A DNA stretch of 64,000 bases from assembly GCA_918797485.1 (NCBI GenBank), contig CAKKNE010000005.1, positions 1,488,001 to 1,552,000 on the forward strand, read 5' to 3'. Made by a program: the position numbers and the translations under genes. The notes beneath the pieces were generated by a model, which made no database searches, was not told the origin of the DNA, and saw only the letters and a list, made by a program, of their open reading frames with translations. This document shows, in pieces, positions 1-10,864 of the stretch; within the stretch, counting starts at the first letter, position 1, and each line of letters opens with the position of its first letter. The DNA comes from Pelagomonas calceolata. Lineage: Eukaryota.

Positions 1-102
1 TTCTCACGGGCAGCCACGAGTGAATGGTTCGACGAGTTCCAGAGCCACAGCCTTTGGACATGCCCAGCGGCCGCACAATACCTCGTGTTCGAAGCCGTAC
101 GA

Positions 103-126
103 GCTAGCGGCATGTAAGATACTAGC
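103..126 (+). promoter_or_regulatory. Bipartite CTAG motif
   Basis: GCTAGC-N5-GTAAGATACTAGC, ~160 nt before ATG 285. Confidence 0.55.
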
Positions 127-284
127 AATCCGCACGCGGTCGCAACGCTCGAGCGCTCAGTACGCTCTACTCGCCGCGCTGGACGCCAAGCGGTGATTCG
201 TCGATCGCTTTCCGGCCCGCTGATAAGACCCCAAGCGAGACAGAACGCGACCAGGGTGGCAGCCCCACAACAACGAGCACAATC

Positions 285-767
285 ATGGGCAAGGGCGGCT
301 GCCGCCACGTGATCAACGCCCAGTGCTCCATCTTCATGGGCGACAAGAAGACGGGCGCCTGGTTCGACTGCCCCGAGTGCTACGAGGAAGTTATGGGCAA
401 ACGCCTCGACCTCGCAATTATCGAGTCGCCCTTGACTCTGGTCTGCAAGGCCTGCCGCCAGCTCTTCCAGAAGGATTTGAGGATCTTTGATGAGGATGAT
501 GCCGTTTGTCCGCACTGCGGCAACGCCTACGTGATACCTGCGATGACGCCCGAAAGTTGCTTGGTGCGGGAGGCGGCGCAGCTCTGCGAGCGTGCCATGG
601 AGGAGGCTCTGAAAGGGCCCCTGGACGTGGGGAATGGGTTGGCCATGTCCAGCAATTTTGAGCATCTGGTGGACTATTCTGAATTACCGGCGTCGATGCG
701 TCCAAAAGCGACGGCGGACCAGCCGCTCAACCTGGGGGGGCGGCCGGCGCGGAAGAAGAAGAAGTAA
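285..767 (+). CDS. CHY-type zinc finger-like protein (Hot13-like, degenerate)
   Basis: CRHVINAQCSI..WFDCPEC..CKAC..FDEDDAVCPHCGN matches the spacing of small fungal/protist CHY zinc fingers; the usual CC pair and a His are replaced. Confidence 0.7.
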   Translation: MGKGGCRHVINAQCSIFMGDKKTGAWFDCPECYEEVMGKRLDLAIIESPLTLVCKACRQLFQKDLRIFDEDDAVCPHCGNAYVIPAMTPESCLVREAAQLCERAMEEALKGPLDVGNGLAMSSNFEHLVDYSELPASMRPKATADQPLNLGGRPARKKKK

Positions 768-1147
768 GCTTTGTTCATATAGCCTGTCGGCCAGATCCGT
801 CGCTTCGAGTGCGTCGTCGTGCGGAAATGCGCACGATGGGACCGAACACCCGTCTTTGTGATACGCGGGCTGCTACGAGGCCTCGCAAACGCGCCCGACG
901 GCTAAAAGTTCAAACTGGGCCAGCTCCGCACTAGCTAGCTCCGTGCTGAAGCTCTCCCGGACTGGGCTCCCACACTCGCGAGGTCGGCACGCGCGCGGCG
1001 ACGAGCAGCCCCTCCGGGGGAGGGTCCTTTATCACAAAAACCAGGGGCGCCCGGCGGCGGCGCCCGGCGGGGCCGAGGCACGATCAAATTTGGCAGCCCC
1101 CGGGGCCATTTCTCGCAGCTCGGCGGCCTTGTGCCCCGGCCCCGACC

Positions 1148-1360
1148 ATGGACGCCATGGCCGCGGCCGCCTCCAAAATGAAAAACGAGGCGACGAGCGC
1201 GTCGACGCCGCCGAAGAAGAAGTCGACGCGCGTCGCCGAGGCGATCCGGGCGTGGCGGCGCTGCCCGAAGGCCTGGCGCGCCAAGTTGGTTGAAGGCGGC
1301 GAACCGGGGACCTCCGAGGTCGAGAAGCTGAAGCGCGCGGAGAAGAGGAAGGGCACATAG
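1148..1360 (+). CDS. Small basic hypothetical ORF (70 aa), possibly a gene fragment
   Basis: ATG start with coding-like GC3 bias; no recognisable domain. Confidence 0.25.
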   Translation: MDAMAAAASKMKNEATSASTPPKKKSTRVAEAIRAWRRCPKAWRAKLVEGGEPGTSEVEKLKRAEKRKGT

Positions 1361-1491
1361 CCTCGCGCGCGTTACGGCCGGAACGCCGCGCTCGCCCGGC
1401 GACGGAGGGGTGGGCGTAACTTAATAGGAAAATTCCCCTCCTCCACGTTTCCGCCACGCTCCCCTGCGCTCCGAAGCAGGCGTCGCGCCGC

Positions 1492-1513
1492 GCTAGTGGT
1501 GTAAGACACTAGC
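1492..1513 (+). promoter_or_regulatory. Bipartite CTAG motif
   Basis: GCTAGT-N3-GTAAGACACTAGC, ~165 nt before ATG 1679. Confidence 0.6.
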
Positions 1514-1678
1514 AAACAGCAGAGCAGAGCGCAAGGCCGCAAAACCAAGAGCTTGGGGCGGCACACTCGACAATTCACATACAGGACCGCCAGCATCAAT
1601 CCCAGCGGTGCTCCAAGGAGCGCGAGCCGTCCTGCCAAAGCAGAGCGGGCCCGGCACCTACGAGCTGCAGCGCAAAAC

Positions 1679-3163
1679 ATGGCAGACGACGACGCGGAGG
1701 CCTTCCGGCGCGAGGTCTACGGAGATGATGGAGGCAGAGCGCGGGACGACGCCGCGCCGCCGTCGATGCGGGGCCGGCGGTTATTTGTGAGAGGCCTGCC
1801 CTACGACTGGGACCGCGAGCGCGTGCGGCGGGAGCTCTCGAAATTTGGAGAGGTCGAGAGGTTGGAGCTGCCTAAAGCGAGAAGGGGTTGTGGATTCGTG
1901 GACTACGCGACGGAACGGAGCGCGTCGAAGGCATTCGTGGCGCTCGACGGACGGCCCCTCGGGCATCGGAGGGACGTGCTCTGCCAGATGCGCGTCGAGC
2001 CGGCCTTTGCGCCGCCGCTGCAGGACCTCGAGGAGGAGGAGGAGCTGGTGTGTCCCATCGAATTTTCTGGAAGAGGCTCGAAGGCCGAAAGGCAACGAGA
2101 AAAAAGGATTGATCAATTACACAGAAGGTCGCTCTTCTGCAGTCTGTGTGGGAGTGTCGACCACTTCGACCAGGGCTGCAGGTTGCGAGATACGACTTAT
2201 CATTGCGCGGTTGCCCAGGGCGAGCTCGATCCGGTAGAGGCCTTCGCTCCTAAAGTAGAAGCGCCGCCGGCGCCCGCGCCCGCGCCGTCTCCAGTACGCC
2301 CCATGGGCCGCGGCCGCGGCGTCTCCGTGCCGTCGTGGATGGCCGACAAGAAGCTAGCTGCGGAGGCCGCAGCTCGACCGGCGCCCGCGCCGCCGCCGCC
2401 GCCGCCGCGCGCGCCCTCGCCCAAACGGCGGTCCCGCTCCCGCTCGCGGTCGCCCGAGCGCCGCAAGCAGCGCGGCGGCCGCCGCCGCGCCGAGCCGGCG
2501 CGGGACGCCGCGGCCGAGATGCGAGCTCTTGATCCGTACGCCGACCACGACGCGAACGTGCCGCGGGGCTTCGCCTGCGCGCTGGCGGGCGACGGTTTGC
2601 ATGCGGTCTCCGATGGTGTGAGGTTGGAGCTGCGGCGCGCGTTTCCCAGTGGTTTGGTCTTGGCTATCGACGCGACACCGCAAGGCGGGCTCGCGCCGAG
2701 TGATGTGGACGCGGCGGCGGCCGCTCCCGACCGGCACGCCGCGGCGAACGTCGTATTGCGGGCCGCGATGGCCGCGGCGCCGTTCGCACTTGATGTGAAT
2801 GTGCAGGAGGGGCTCCAACGGGCCGGCGCGCCGGTCGCATCCACGGCAACCTCCGTGGGCGAGGCCGTCTCGCTCCTCGCGGCCTGCGGCGACTGTTCTT
2901 CACAGAACCTGCCCGCCGGCGCCCGCTGCCTCTGGTCGCCGGACCACTGCGCGTTCTACTACGTGAGTGCAGAGGGCGCGATGTCGTGGGAGCCGCCGGC
3001 CGCGCGGGCGCCGTCTTCATCGGTGCGGCGGGAGCCGTCGCCGCCGTGGCGGCCGCCGATCCGCGTCGGCGGCCGGCACCAGGACCGTCGGCGCGGCCAG
3101 CAGCGCGACCGGCCGTACTCTTCGTCGTCGAGGGACTCGAGGCGGGGGCGGTATGCGTATTAA
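1679..3163 (+). CDS. RRM + CCHC zinc knuckle + RS-rich RNA-binding protein with C-terminal WW-like motif
   Basis: RNP2 LFVRGL, RNP1 RGCGFVDY, CSLCGSVDHFDQGC knuckle, RSRSRSRSP, W..(x)..FYYV....MSWEPP; first ATG at 1679. Confidence 0.8.
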   Translation: MADDDAEAFRREVYGDDGGRARDDAAPPSMRGRRLFVRGLPYDWDRERVRRELSKFGEVERLELPKARRGCGFVDYATERSASKAFVALDGRPLGHRRDVLCQMRVEPAFAPPLQDLEEEEELVCPIEFSGRGSKAERQREKRIDQLHRRSLFCSLCGSVDHFDQGCRLRDTTYHCAVAQGELDPVEAFAPKVEAPPAPAPAPSPVRPMGRGRGVSVPSWMADKKLAAEAAARPAPAPPPPPPRAPSPKRRSRSRSRSPERRKQRGGRRRAEPARDAAAEMRALDPYADHDANVPRGFACALAGDGLHAVSDGVRLELRRAFPSGLVLAIDATPQGGLAPSDVDAAAAAPDRHAAANVVLRAAMAAAPFALDVNVQEGLQRAGAPVASTATSVGEAVSLLAACGDCSSQNLPAGARCLWSPDHCAFYYVSAEGAMSWEPPAARAPSSSVRREPSPPWRPPIRVGGRHQDRRRGQQRDRPYSSSSRDSRRGRYAY

Positions 3164-3533
3164 GTTTGTGGTTTTTTGTCAATTGACTCGTCTCGTATTA
3201 TCTGTTGCGGTGTTAGGACTGAGGGCGGAGCCCCTTTGGGGGGAGACGCCGCGCATTGCCGATTCATCGGCGCGCCGTCCCTTTTGTGCAAATTTTCAAC
3301 TTGCCGAAGCACGCCTCGGCTCTTAGCTGTGGTCTGAAGCTTGCCCGAGGCATGAAGCGTGCGTTTGCGCCGCTTTCGTCGCCTTGAATGTTGACGGCGA
3401 GACGAGAGCGCTGGCCCAATTTGCACCTCGTAAATACCACCCGCGACGTAGCCGCAGCACCCGCGGCGCAGCCGGAGCACCTCTAAACGCTCCGCAGGCC
3501 TCCGCCCCCAAGTTTCACGCGCCGCCAGAGACC

Positions 3534-4220
3534 ATGCGCGTCATTGCAGTCATTGCGTCGGCATCAGCCCTGCTGGCCCCCGCGCCCGCCCCGCGCCAGA
3601 CCTGCCTCGCGGCGCGGAGCGGCATCAAGACGGGCACGATCATGGCCGAGTTCGAGGCGCGGCAGCTCGCGGCCATGGACCGCGACGAGCCGCCGCCCTT
3701 CTCCGCCGGCGACACGGTGAACGTCGCCTGCGAGATCACGGAGGGCACGACGAAGCGCATCCAGAACTACGCCGGCGTCGTCATCAAGAGAAGTGGAGCG
3801 GGCCTGACCCAGACCTTCACGGTGCGCAAGATGTCGTCGGGCATCGGCGTCGAGCGGACGTTTCCCGTCTACGCGCCGTCGGTGACGAAGATCGAGGTGT
3901 TAAGGCGCGGTTCCGTGAGACGGTCGAAGCTCTACTACCTGCGCCAGCTGACGGGCAAGTCCGCGCGCATCAAGGAGAAGGTCCGCGGGCTGGCGTACGT
4001 CGAGCGCCAGGAGGCGGCGATCGCCGAGAAGAAGGCAGCGGCGCTCCAGGCCGCCGCCGACGCGAAGGCCGCGGAGGAGGCGGCGGCCGCCGCGGCGAAG
4101 GCCGCGGAAGAGGCCGCGGCCAAGGCCGAGGAGGAGGCCGCGGCCGCCGCCGCCGCCGAGGCCGAGGCGGCCGCGGCCGCGGAGGCGGAGGCCGCCGCCG
4201 ACGAGCCCGCCGAGGAGTGA
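3534..4220 (+). CDS. rpl19: Plastid-targeted 50S ribosomal protein L19 with Ala/Glu-rich tail
   Basis: [51 protein letters not shown]; signal-like leader [13 protein letters not shown]. Confidence 0.92.
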   Translation: MRVIAVIASASALLAPAPAPRQTCLAARSGIKTGTIMAEFEARQLAAMDRDEPPPFSAGDTVNVACEITEGTTKRIQNYAGVVIKRSGAGLTQTFTVRKMSSGIGVERTFPVYAPSVTKIEVLRRGSVRRSKLYYLRQLTGKSARIKEKVRGLAYVERQEAAIAEKKAAALQAAADAKAAEEAAAAAAKAAEEAAAKAEEEAAAAAAAEAEAAAAAEAEAAADEPAEE

Positions 4221-4259
4221 GCCCGTCCTGTGTTGCCCCCCTACTAACTAATGATTATA

Positions 4260-4850
4260 CAACCACGCTTTCTACTACGGAGTCATGGAATCTAGAGATA
4301 GATCCGCAAGTCCGGTGATATGCCGGAATATTTACTTAGAGCGTGCCCCGCGTCTCTTCGGGAAGGGCGGAGATTGAAGACGAAGTTCCGATTGGGTTGC
4401 CACGACCTCCGGAGCTCGAGCAGCCGAACGCAGCTTGTTCGTAACGCGCAATGTCCTTGTTGTGAATCTCGCGAGTCGGAAACGATTCAACATACCCTAC
4501 TTGAATGCTCGGCTTTTACGAAAGAACGTGACACGTTCCTTAAACGGTTCTATGAGATGCACCCTATCGCGCGTGGTTTGAGCCCCGAAGGTCTTTGCGA
4601 CGTCCTAATGAGTGACGACTTAGGGTCAAAAAAATGCAATGACCCAAGAAATTGAGTGAAGGTCAATGGTTGTGCGAATCGGAACAGGACGTGAATTTGG
4701 CGGCTCGGGAACGCGCAAAAAAGGCGCCCAATCGCCGCGGCTCTCGCTCTGCGTAGCTCCCCGGGAAGGGCCAAAATGCCTTGTGTCGGGTTTATGGCCG
4801 ACACTCTTTCTCTCATTCTGACAGACGAGTAACGACCACACAAATTTAAT
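4260..4850 (+). mobile_element. 5'-truncated non-LTR retrotransposon (LINE) 3' fragment; boundaries approximate
   Basis: ORF 4320-4655 FRLGCHDL..CPCC..ETIQHTLLEC..ER is the post-RT CCHC motif of LINE ORF2; AT-richer than host genes; stem-loop GTGTCGG/CCGACAC at 4783-4804. Confidence 0.75.
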
Positions 4851-4854
4851 AAGA

Positions 4855-5508
4855 CTAGGGCCGCGCCGCGAACCGGTACCGCCTCGTCTCCTCCTCCCCG
4901 ATGAAGACGACGTCGACGTGGCCGCCCGAGCCCGTGTCGCCCCGGATGCCCGCCTCGACGGCACGACGCACGGCCTCGATCACAACTTCCGGCGACGGCT
5001 CCGCCTGTCTCAAGAGAGACGCCTCGAGGACCGCCGCCGCTGCCATCTGGCCAGAGCCCATCGTCGCGAACTGGGACGCGGTCGCGGAGCCGTCGCCCTC
5101 GACGCGATACAATGACGGTTCAGAATCGCAGCCTCCAACAATAAAGGCGCAGCCCAGGGGCGCCGACCGCAGCCGCGCCACGATGCCGGATTTCGCCGCT
5201 ACTACTAGTCCTCGATTTTTCGTCGGAGCCGTGCTGCTCATCGTGCGCCGCAGGTGCTCCGTGCGCAGCTCCAAAGCGACCAATCTGGCAACATCGTCGG
5301 CGTCGGCGGCTCCGCCACACCCCGCGGCATAAACGTTCTCCGCGAGCTCGTGTAATTTGTCGCACTTGGAGTCGGCAATGACCGTGCCCTCCGTGGCGCG
5401 GCTGTCGGCGGCGAGCGCGACGCCGGTGGCGCAGCGCGCTCCGGCGAGCGTCGTCGCGTGGGTGCTCCTTCTTGCGCAGGCGAGGAGGAGGAGGGCGGTC
5501 GTGCGCAT
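4855..5508 (-). CDS. 20S proteasome beta subunit (beta2/PSMB7-like) with signal peptide-like leader
   Basis: TTLAG..GVALAADSRATEG..ADSKCDKLH..MGSG..AGIRGDTGSGGHVDV; catalytic Thr1/Asp17/Lys33 present. Confidence 0.88.
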   Translation of the reverse strand: MRTTALLLLACARRSTHATTLAGARCATGVALAADSRATEGTVIADSKCDKLHELAENVYAAGCGGAADADDVARLVALELRTEHLRRTMSSTAPTKNRGLVVAAKSGIVARLRSAPLGCAFIVGGCDSEPSLYRVEGDGSATASQFATMGSGQMAAAAVLEASLLRQAEPSPEVVIEAVRRAVEAGIRGDTGSGGHVDVVFIGEEETRRYRFAARP

Positions 5509-5756
5509 TGTTGTGCGTCTTAGAAATGCTGCAAATGCGACAGCACGAGGACGATAACAAATGTATCAAACGTTCACCGAATTAGAGCTATGAGCTCGAA
5601 TGGCGGCGTGTCGAGGTGAGAGCGTGAGAAACCCGTCTGAAATTTTGCCTCGCGCGCGCGTGAACTTGCGCGAGAGAGCCGCATCGCTGGCCTACGGACG
5701 CGCACGATACCGGCATCCATCGCTGTGCAGCCCTGGACAGCACGCGGTCGTGCAAG

Positions 5757-6830
5757 ATGGCCAGCCTCTCCGAGGCGCAGGAGCTCCTCTCCGAAGAGCA
5801 AAAGGCCGCCCGCGACGCGGACCTCGACGCCCGCCTCGAGAAATTGAAACTAGAGGTCAACCAAGAACCCATACATATACCACATCCAGAAACAGTAAAA
5901 GCAACCGAGGAATTGCTCGAGCGCCTCGCCGCATTGCGGCAGGAGCACGCCGCGGCCACGGCCACGGCCGACGCCTTTAGGAAGAGCATCGCGAAGCTGC
6001 CGGAGAAATGTTCCATAGAAGAACTCAAGGCCAAGTTCAAGGAAGGCGCCGCCGAGGCGCCCGAGACGATCAACTATGGAGACCACGCGTCGCAGTACTA
6101 CCGGGTCCACCGGCCGTCGGTACCGGAGCCGTGGTGGGCCGTGCTGATCATCCATGGCGGTTTTTGGCGGGAGAAATACAATATAAGTAATGCAGCTATC
6201 GAGACGATAGCGCCGGCATTAGCGAGGAGAGGCTTCTGCGCCATCGAGGTCGAATACCGACGCGTCGGCGGGGGCGGCGGCTGGCCCGAGAGTTGCGATG
6301 ACGTGGACGCCGCGTTAAAACATTGTATCGAAAACGTCGCGGGACTCTCCGAGAGGCGCATCGTGCTCGTGGGCCACTCGGCGGGCGGCCACGCCGCTTT
6401 GATGTGCGCCGCGAACGCGCAGACGGCGCCGCGCTTGGTGGTCGCCATAGCGCCCGTCGCCGATCTGGTGCACGCGCACGAAAAAAAATTGAGTGATGAC
6501 GGCGAGGCGGTCCTGAATTTTGTGGGTGCGGCGCCGGACCTAAGACCGGACCTCTACGAGGCGGCCTGCCCGACGAAGTCGCAAATTTGGTCGAGGTTGC
6601 GGAGTGATATCGTGCTGGCGACGGGTACGGAGGACGTCGACGTGCCGGTCGAGCTGACGCGCCTCTTCTATCATAGGCTGGACCAGGGGCTCGCGGGGCC
6701 GCGCCTCTTCGAGTACCGCGAGCCGGCGGGCTGCGACCACTATTCCGTGGTCGACGCGGGTCGCGGGTTCGCGGAGATATGGGAGGCGGCCGAGGGCGTG
6801 CTGCGGCGGCCGGGGATGAACTGGCTCTAA
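5757..6830 (+). CDS. Alpha/beta hydrolase (HGG-type esterase) with N-terminal coiled coil
   Basis: IHGGFW, EYRR, GHSAGG nucleophile elbow, GTEDVDVP Asp, DHY His. Confidence 0.88.
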   Translation: MASLSEAQELLSEEQKAARDADLDARLEKLKLEVNQEPIHIPHPETVKATEELLERLAALRQEHAAATATADAFRKSIAKLPEKCSIEELKAKFKEGAAEAPETINYGDHASQYYRVHRPSVPEPWWAVLIIHGGFWREKYNISNAAIETIAPALARRGFCAIEVEYRRVGGGGGWPESCDDVDAALKHCIENVAGLSERRIVLVGHSAGGHAALMCAANAQTAPRLVVAIAPVADLVHAHEKKLSDDGEAVLNFVGAAPDLRPDLYEAACPTKSQIWSRLRSDIVLATGTEDVDVPVELTRLFYHRLDQGLAGPRLFEYREPAGCDHYSVVDAGRGFAEIWEAAEGVLRRPGMNWL

Positions 6831-7400
6831 TTAATTTTCTGTAGTGGTGTTTTTTGCTCGATGGCGTGGGGGGTGTCGGTCCCATCAACACGCGGCGCGG
6901 CGGTCGCCGGCCCGGACCGCCGTAGGCTCGATTTCTACCCGCGGAGCCGCATCGAGGCTCCCTCCGGTGGACTTCGGGTCTCGTGCTCGTCTCGTCAACT
7001 AAAATTCAGACGGCTTATTGCTAGTCTCTGACGAACGCTTTTGCTAGCGTGATAGACACACGAGCACCTCAACCAAGTGCAGGGCCGCGTGCTCGCAACG
7101 TGTTGGCTCGAGAACGTCGGCGAACTGCTGGAAGACCTTGCAAAAGACCTCCGGCGCTGACCTGAGCATCTCACCTGCCATCTTCGCGTCCACGGCCTCG
7201 GGAGCACCGCTCTTCAGCAGGTGCCGCCAAGTGCCTCCGCGGTTTCACAAGCGGCGCCGAGCGGGCGGGCAGCACGAAAGCCCGCGCAAAACGCCCGGCA
7301 GCACCCCGCGGGCGGCACGCGCGCCCGCGCACGCCACCACCGAACCCACGTGTGCGGCGTCCGTCGAATCGCGCCCAAAATCGAAAAAAAAAACACCGTT

Positions 7401-8402
7401 ATGGACCCCCCCGACACGACACCGCCTTTGTTCGGCGGCACCGGCGACCTCGCCGGCGCGGCGGCCGCCGTTGATTTGGATGAAATTTTTGAGGACTGCT
7501 TCGCGGCGAACGAGTGGGCCCTGTTGAATGATACGTTGGCCGCCGAAGCTTTGGAGCCCGGGCCGCCGGTGCAGGGCGCGCCGGGGCAGCTGCCGCCGGG
7601 CGCGTCGCCGCTCAATTTGTCGAGGAGTCCGCCCGCGCCCGGACGGGCGCCACCGGCCCCGGCGCCGGCGCCCGCCGCGCCTCCTCCTAGAAAGAGGAGG
7701 AAGGCCACCGAGGCCAAGGCCATGACGGATCAACAACGAGTAGAAAGGAGGGAGCGGAATCGGGAGCACGCCAAACGCAGTAGAATCCGCAAGAAGTTTT
7801 TGCTCGAGAGCCTCATGGAGCAGGTGTCGGACCTAAGGGCCCAGAACAAGGAGCTGCGGCAGGTTATTCGCTCCGAATTGCCCGATAATGCCCTCGACAT
7901 CTTAAATGACTGCGTGACCGAAGAATCGTTGCTCTTAGTGACCGATTCCGTACCTAGACCGATCCAGCAGGCCCAGCAGTTGGTCGAGCCCGACTTCCGG
8001 CTGATGTTGGCCCTGCAAGCCGCGCAGCAGAATTTCGCGGTCTCTGATCCGAGTCTCCCGGACAACCCGATCGTGTATGCGTCGCGAGGCTTCCTGACGC
8101 TGACGGGCTACCAGATGTCGCAGGTCGTGGGGCGGAACTGTCGGTTCCTGCAGGGCCCGGGCACGGACCCGAAGATGGTCGACCGGATCAGAACGGGCGT
8201 CGCGGCCGGCGAGGACACGTCCGTCTGCTTATTGAACTACAAGGCCGACGGCACGCCCTTCTGGAACCAGTTCTTCGTCGCGGCGCTGCGCGACGCCGAC
8301 GGGACCGTCGTGAACTACGTCGGCGTGCAGTGCGAGGTGAACGAGGTGCCGGTGGAGGAGATCAAGGAGCGCTCGAAGCGCATGGCGCTCATGGACATCT
8401 AG
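7401..8402 (+). CDS. AUREO1: Aureochrome (bZIP-LOV blue-light transcription factor), AUREO1-type
   Basis: bZIP ERRERNREHAKRSRIRKKFLLESL followed by LOV QQNF..SDPSLPDNPIVYAS..GRNCRFLQG..NYVGVQC. Confidence 0.95.
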   Translation: MDPPDTTPPLFGGTGDLAGAAAAVDLDEIFEDCFAANEWALLNDTLAAEALEPGPPVQGAPGQLPPGASPLNLSRSPPAPGRAPPAPAPAPAAPPPRKRRKATEAKAMTDQQRVERRERNREHAKRSRIRKKFLLESLMEQVSDLRAQNKELRQVIRSELPDNALDILNDCVTEESLLLVTDSVPRPIQQAQQLVEPDFRLMLALQAAQQNFAVSDPSLPDNPIVYASRGFLTLTGYQMSQVVGRNCRFLQGPGTDPKMVDRIRTGVAAGEDTSVCLLNYKADGTPFWNQFFVAALRDADGTVVNYVGVQCEVNEVPVEEIKERSKRMALMDI

Positions 8403-8695
8403 GAGGGCGCCGCGTGTGTGTTTGCCCCGCCTCTAAGTAGTGATCTCAATGCTTGGAGCTAGGCCGCCGAGCCTCAGAAACCCAAGAACAACCCATCCAC
8501 CGGAGGCGGGGGCGCCTCGGAGCGAGTTCAAGCGACCCCCCGACTGACTGGCGGCCTGGAGGAGCACACAACTTGTCACAAGGCACAGCGGCAAATCGGC
8601 GCCTGGCATACGCGCTGCCTTGTGCCGCGCCTCTGTGCGTCGTGCCGCGTGCGTCCGTCGGCTGCCCCAATCATACAGCGGGCGCACAAGCAGCC

Positions 8696-10864
8696 ATGGG
8701 CGGCCCGCGGAAGCGCTTCATCCCCAGCACCTTCGCGCGCGCCCACGACTTCGTCTTCAGCCCGGACGACGCCGGCGCGGCCGCCGCCGCCGACGCCGCT
8801 ACCAATGCGTCCCACAACCTCGTGCCGCCCCTGCGCTTCTGCCGCACGGGATCTGTGGAGAAGGCGACGTCGCGCCTCACGACGGCGACCGTGCCCCACA
8901 ACGGCGACGGGCAGAAGGAGTATTGTGGGGCTTGTCAGTTCGCCGACACGCGGCGGTGCACCTACTGCCACCAATCCAAGCTCTCGACGGCGCATCGACT
9001 GCCGCTGGATAGGTTGGCGTCGTTGCTGATGCGCGAAGACCGCGCCAAGGCGACGCTGGAGATCTGCCGCGAGCTGGCGCTCTACGCACGAAGTGATACA
9101 CACGCCTCGGAAACGAACCTACGATTGGGTTTCGACGTCCCCGAGCGGGCCATGTGCGACGCCCACGAGAGAGAGCGGGAGCGCTTACGAAGGTCGAGAC
9201 TGAGGGAGAGCGAGGAGCTGACAAAGTGCCGGTCGAAATTAGATAGGGCGCTGCGGGCCGCGCGCGAGGCCGCGGCGAAGCACGCGCTCGAGCAATCGCA
9301 AATAGAGGCCGCGCGCGACGCGGCCGTCGCGGCCCTCGAGGCGCGCGAGAGAGTGATTGAAGAAAGGGAGGTGGTGGTGCGCGAGAGCGTCCCGCCGGAG
9401 GCCCCGGTTCATGTGGAACATGTAGAGACGCAGTGCTACGGGACGGAGGCCTACTTCGGGGATCCGCACGCGGACGCCGTCGCCGCGGCGCTCGCCGCGC
9501 ACGCGGCCCGGCGGGCGGAATTGAGTAGAGACAAGGCCGTGCAAACGGAAGCGCCGCCGGCGCCGCCGCCGCCGCCGCGCCGGAAGCGCACGACCTTCAT
9601 GGTGCGGCGCCTGACGCCCGTCGAGGTGGCTGCGGCCGAGGCCGCGGCCGCGCGCCAGGAGGAGGAGCCCGAGGTCGAGCCCGAGCCCGAGGAGGAGGAC
9701 GTCATCGAGGAGGTCGACGAACGGGAGGCCGAACCGATGAAGCCCCCCCGAGTCGTGACGCCGCCGGCGCCGCGGCGCCGCCGCAAGAACCGCTACCAGT
9801 TCAAGAAGAAGGCCAAGCCCGCCGGCCTGTCGCTCGACGCGTTGCTCGAGACGATTTATGACGTCCTCGAGAAGAAGACGATGAGTGACGAGGTGACGCG
9901 CAAGGACGGCGTCGAGCCGGCGTCTCTCGAACAATTTGTAAGGACGTACTTCCGGGGCAAGCTCGGGCTGAAGAAGCTAGCAAGGGAGAAGGCCACGGGA
10001 TTATTCAGACGGGCGGCGCAGTTGGTGGGGAAGTCGGGCCGCGTGCGCCTGTTCGCGATCGCGGTCGGGCTCGTGTCGTACGAGGTCGACGGCGTCGAGG
10101 CGCACTACAGCCCCCACCTCGCGCACTGTCTGACGGCGTTGTTGGGCGCGTTGCACCGAGACCGGGAGGGCGGGTTGGATAGCATCAACGTCGCGCTCGG
10201 GTCGTATCCCGAAGGCGCGTATCTGATCCCCAAAACAAAAATCGTCCACGCGATTATTGGAAGCAAGGGGCTATTGGATACGACGTGCGTCCGGGAATTA
10301 CCGGAGACGTGGCGCAACCCCGTACTACTGCAGCATTTGTCCCCGAGGGAGATGCAGGACTTGTTGAGTGATGTAGATGACTTACCGGAGACTGGAGTGA
10401 AAGGTGTTGATCTAGACAAGGTTTTGTGGCTCCTCTTGGATCACCACGCGCGCGCCACCACCAAGCACGAGGCCTGGCTGAAAGCCGCGTTCCTCAAGTT
10501 CGACGACGACGCCCCGGGCCTGCAAGAGATCGAATTCGTGCGCCTGTGCCGCTGGGCGCTCGGGCCGTCTTTTGACGACCTGAGTTCGTTGGACGTGCAC
10601 AATCTATTTAGGCAGATCGGCGACCTCGCGGACCAGGCGGGCACGGGCGGCGACGACATTGATGACGCCGAGGGCTTCCCGAAGGCGATCATCCAGTTAG
10701 ATTGTGCATTAGCGCGGCCGCGGCGGTGCCGGATTTATCGGACCATGGGCGAGGACGAGGAGTGGGTCACGGAGGAGCCCTCTCCAACAGCGCCCCTGAC
10801 GAGGGCGAAGATCGGCCAGCTGCGCCACGAGCGGTCGAAGCGGCGCTTCCTCCAGAAGGCCTGA
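8696..10864 (+). CDS. Hypothetical coiled-coil protein with possible degenerate C-terminal EF-hands
   Basis: Long ORF with coding bias; coiled coil, acidic linker, AFLKFDDD..IEFVRL; first ATG at 8696. Confidence 0.7.
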   Translation: MGGPRKRFIPSTFARAHDFVFSPDDAGAAAAADAATNASHNLVPPLRFCRTGSVEKATSRLTTATVPHNGDGQKEYCGACQFADTRRCTYCHQSKLSTAHRLPLDRLASLLMREDRAKATLEICRELALYARSDTHASETNLRLGFDVPERAMCDAHERERERLRRSRLRESEELTKCRSKLDRALRAAREAAAKHALEQSQIEAARDAAVAALEARERVIEEREVVVRESVPPEAPVHVEHVETQCYGTEAYFGDPHADAVAAALAAHAARRAELSRDKAVQTEAPPAPPPPPRRKRTTFMVRRLTPVEVAAAEAAAARQEEEPEVEPEPEEEDVIEEVDEREAEPMKPPRVVTPPAPRRRRKNRYQFKKKAKPAGLSLDALLETIYDVLEKKTMSDEVTRKDGVEPASLEQFVRTYFRGKLGLKKLAREKATGLFRRAAQLVGKSGRVRLFAIAVGLVSYEVDGVEAHYSPHLAHCLTALLGALHRDREGGLDSINVALGSYPEGAYLIPKTKIVHAIIGSKGLLDTTCVRELPETWRNPVLLQHLSPREMQDLLSDVDDLPETGVKGVDLDKVLWLLLDHHARATTKHEAWLKAAFLKFDDDAPGLQEIEFVRLCRWALGPSFDDLSSLDVHNLFRQIGDLADQAGTGGDDIDDAEGFPKAIIQLDCALARPRRCRIYRTMGEDEEWVTEEPSPTAPLTRAKIGQLRHERSKRRFLQKA

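Noticed and set aside
2663..2679. 17-nt exact match (GCTATCGACGCGACACC) to introner copy 1
   Set aside because: Lies inside an uninterrupted CDS with no TIR, TSD or extended similarity; treated as chance.
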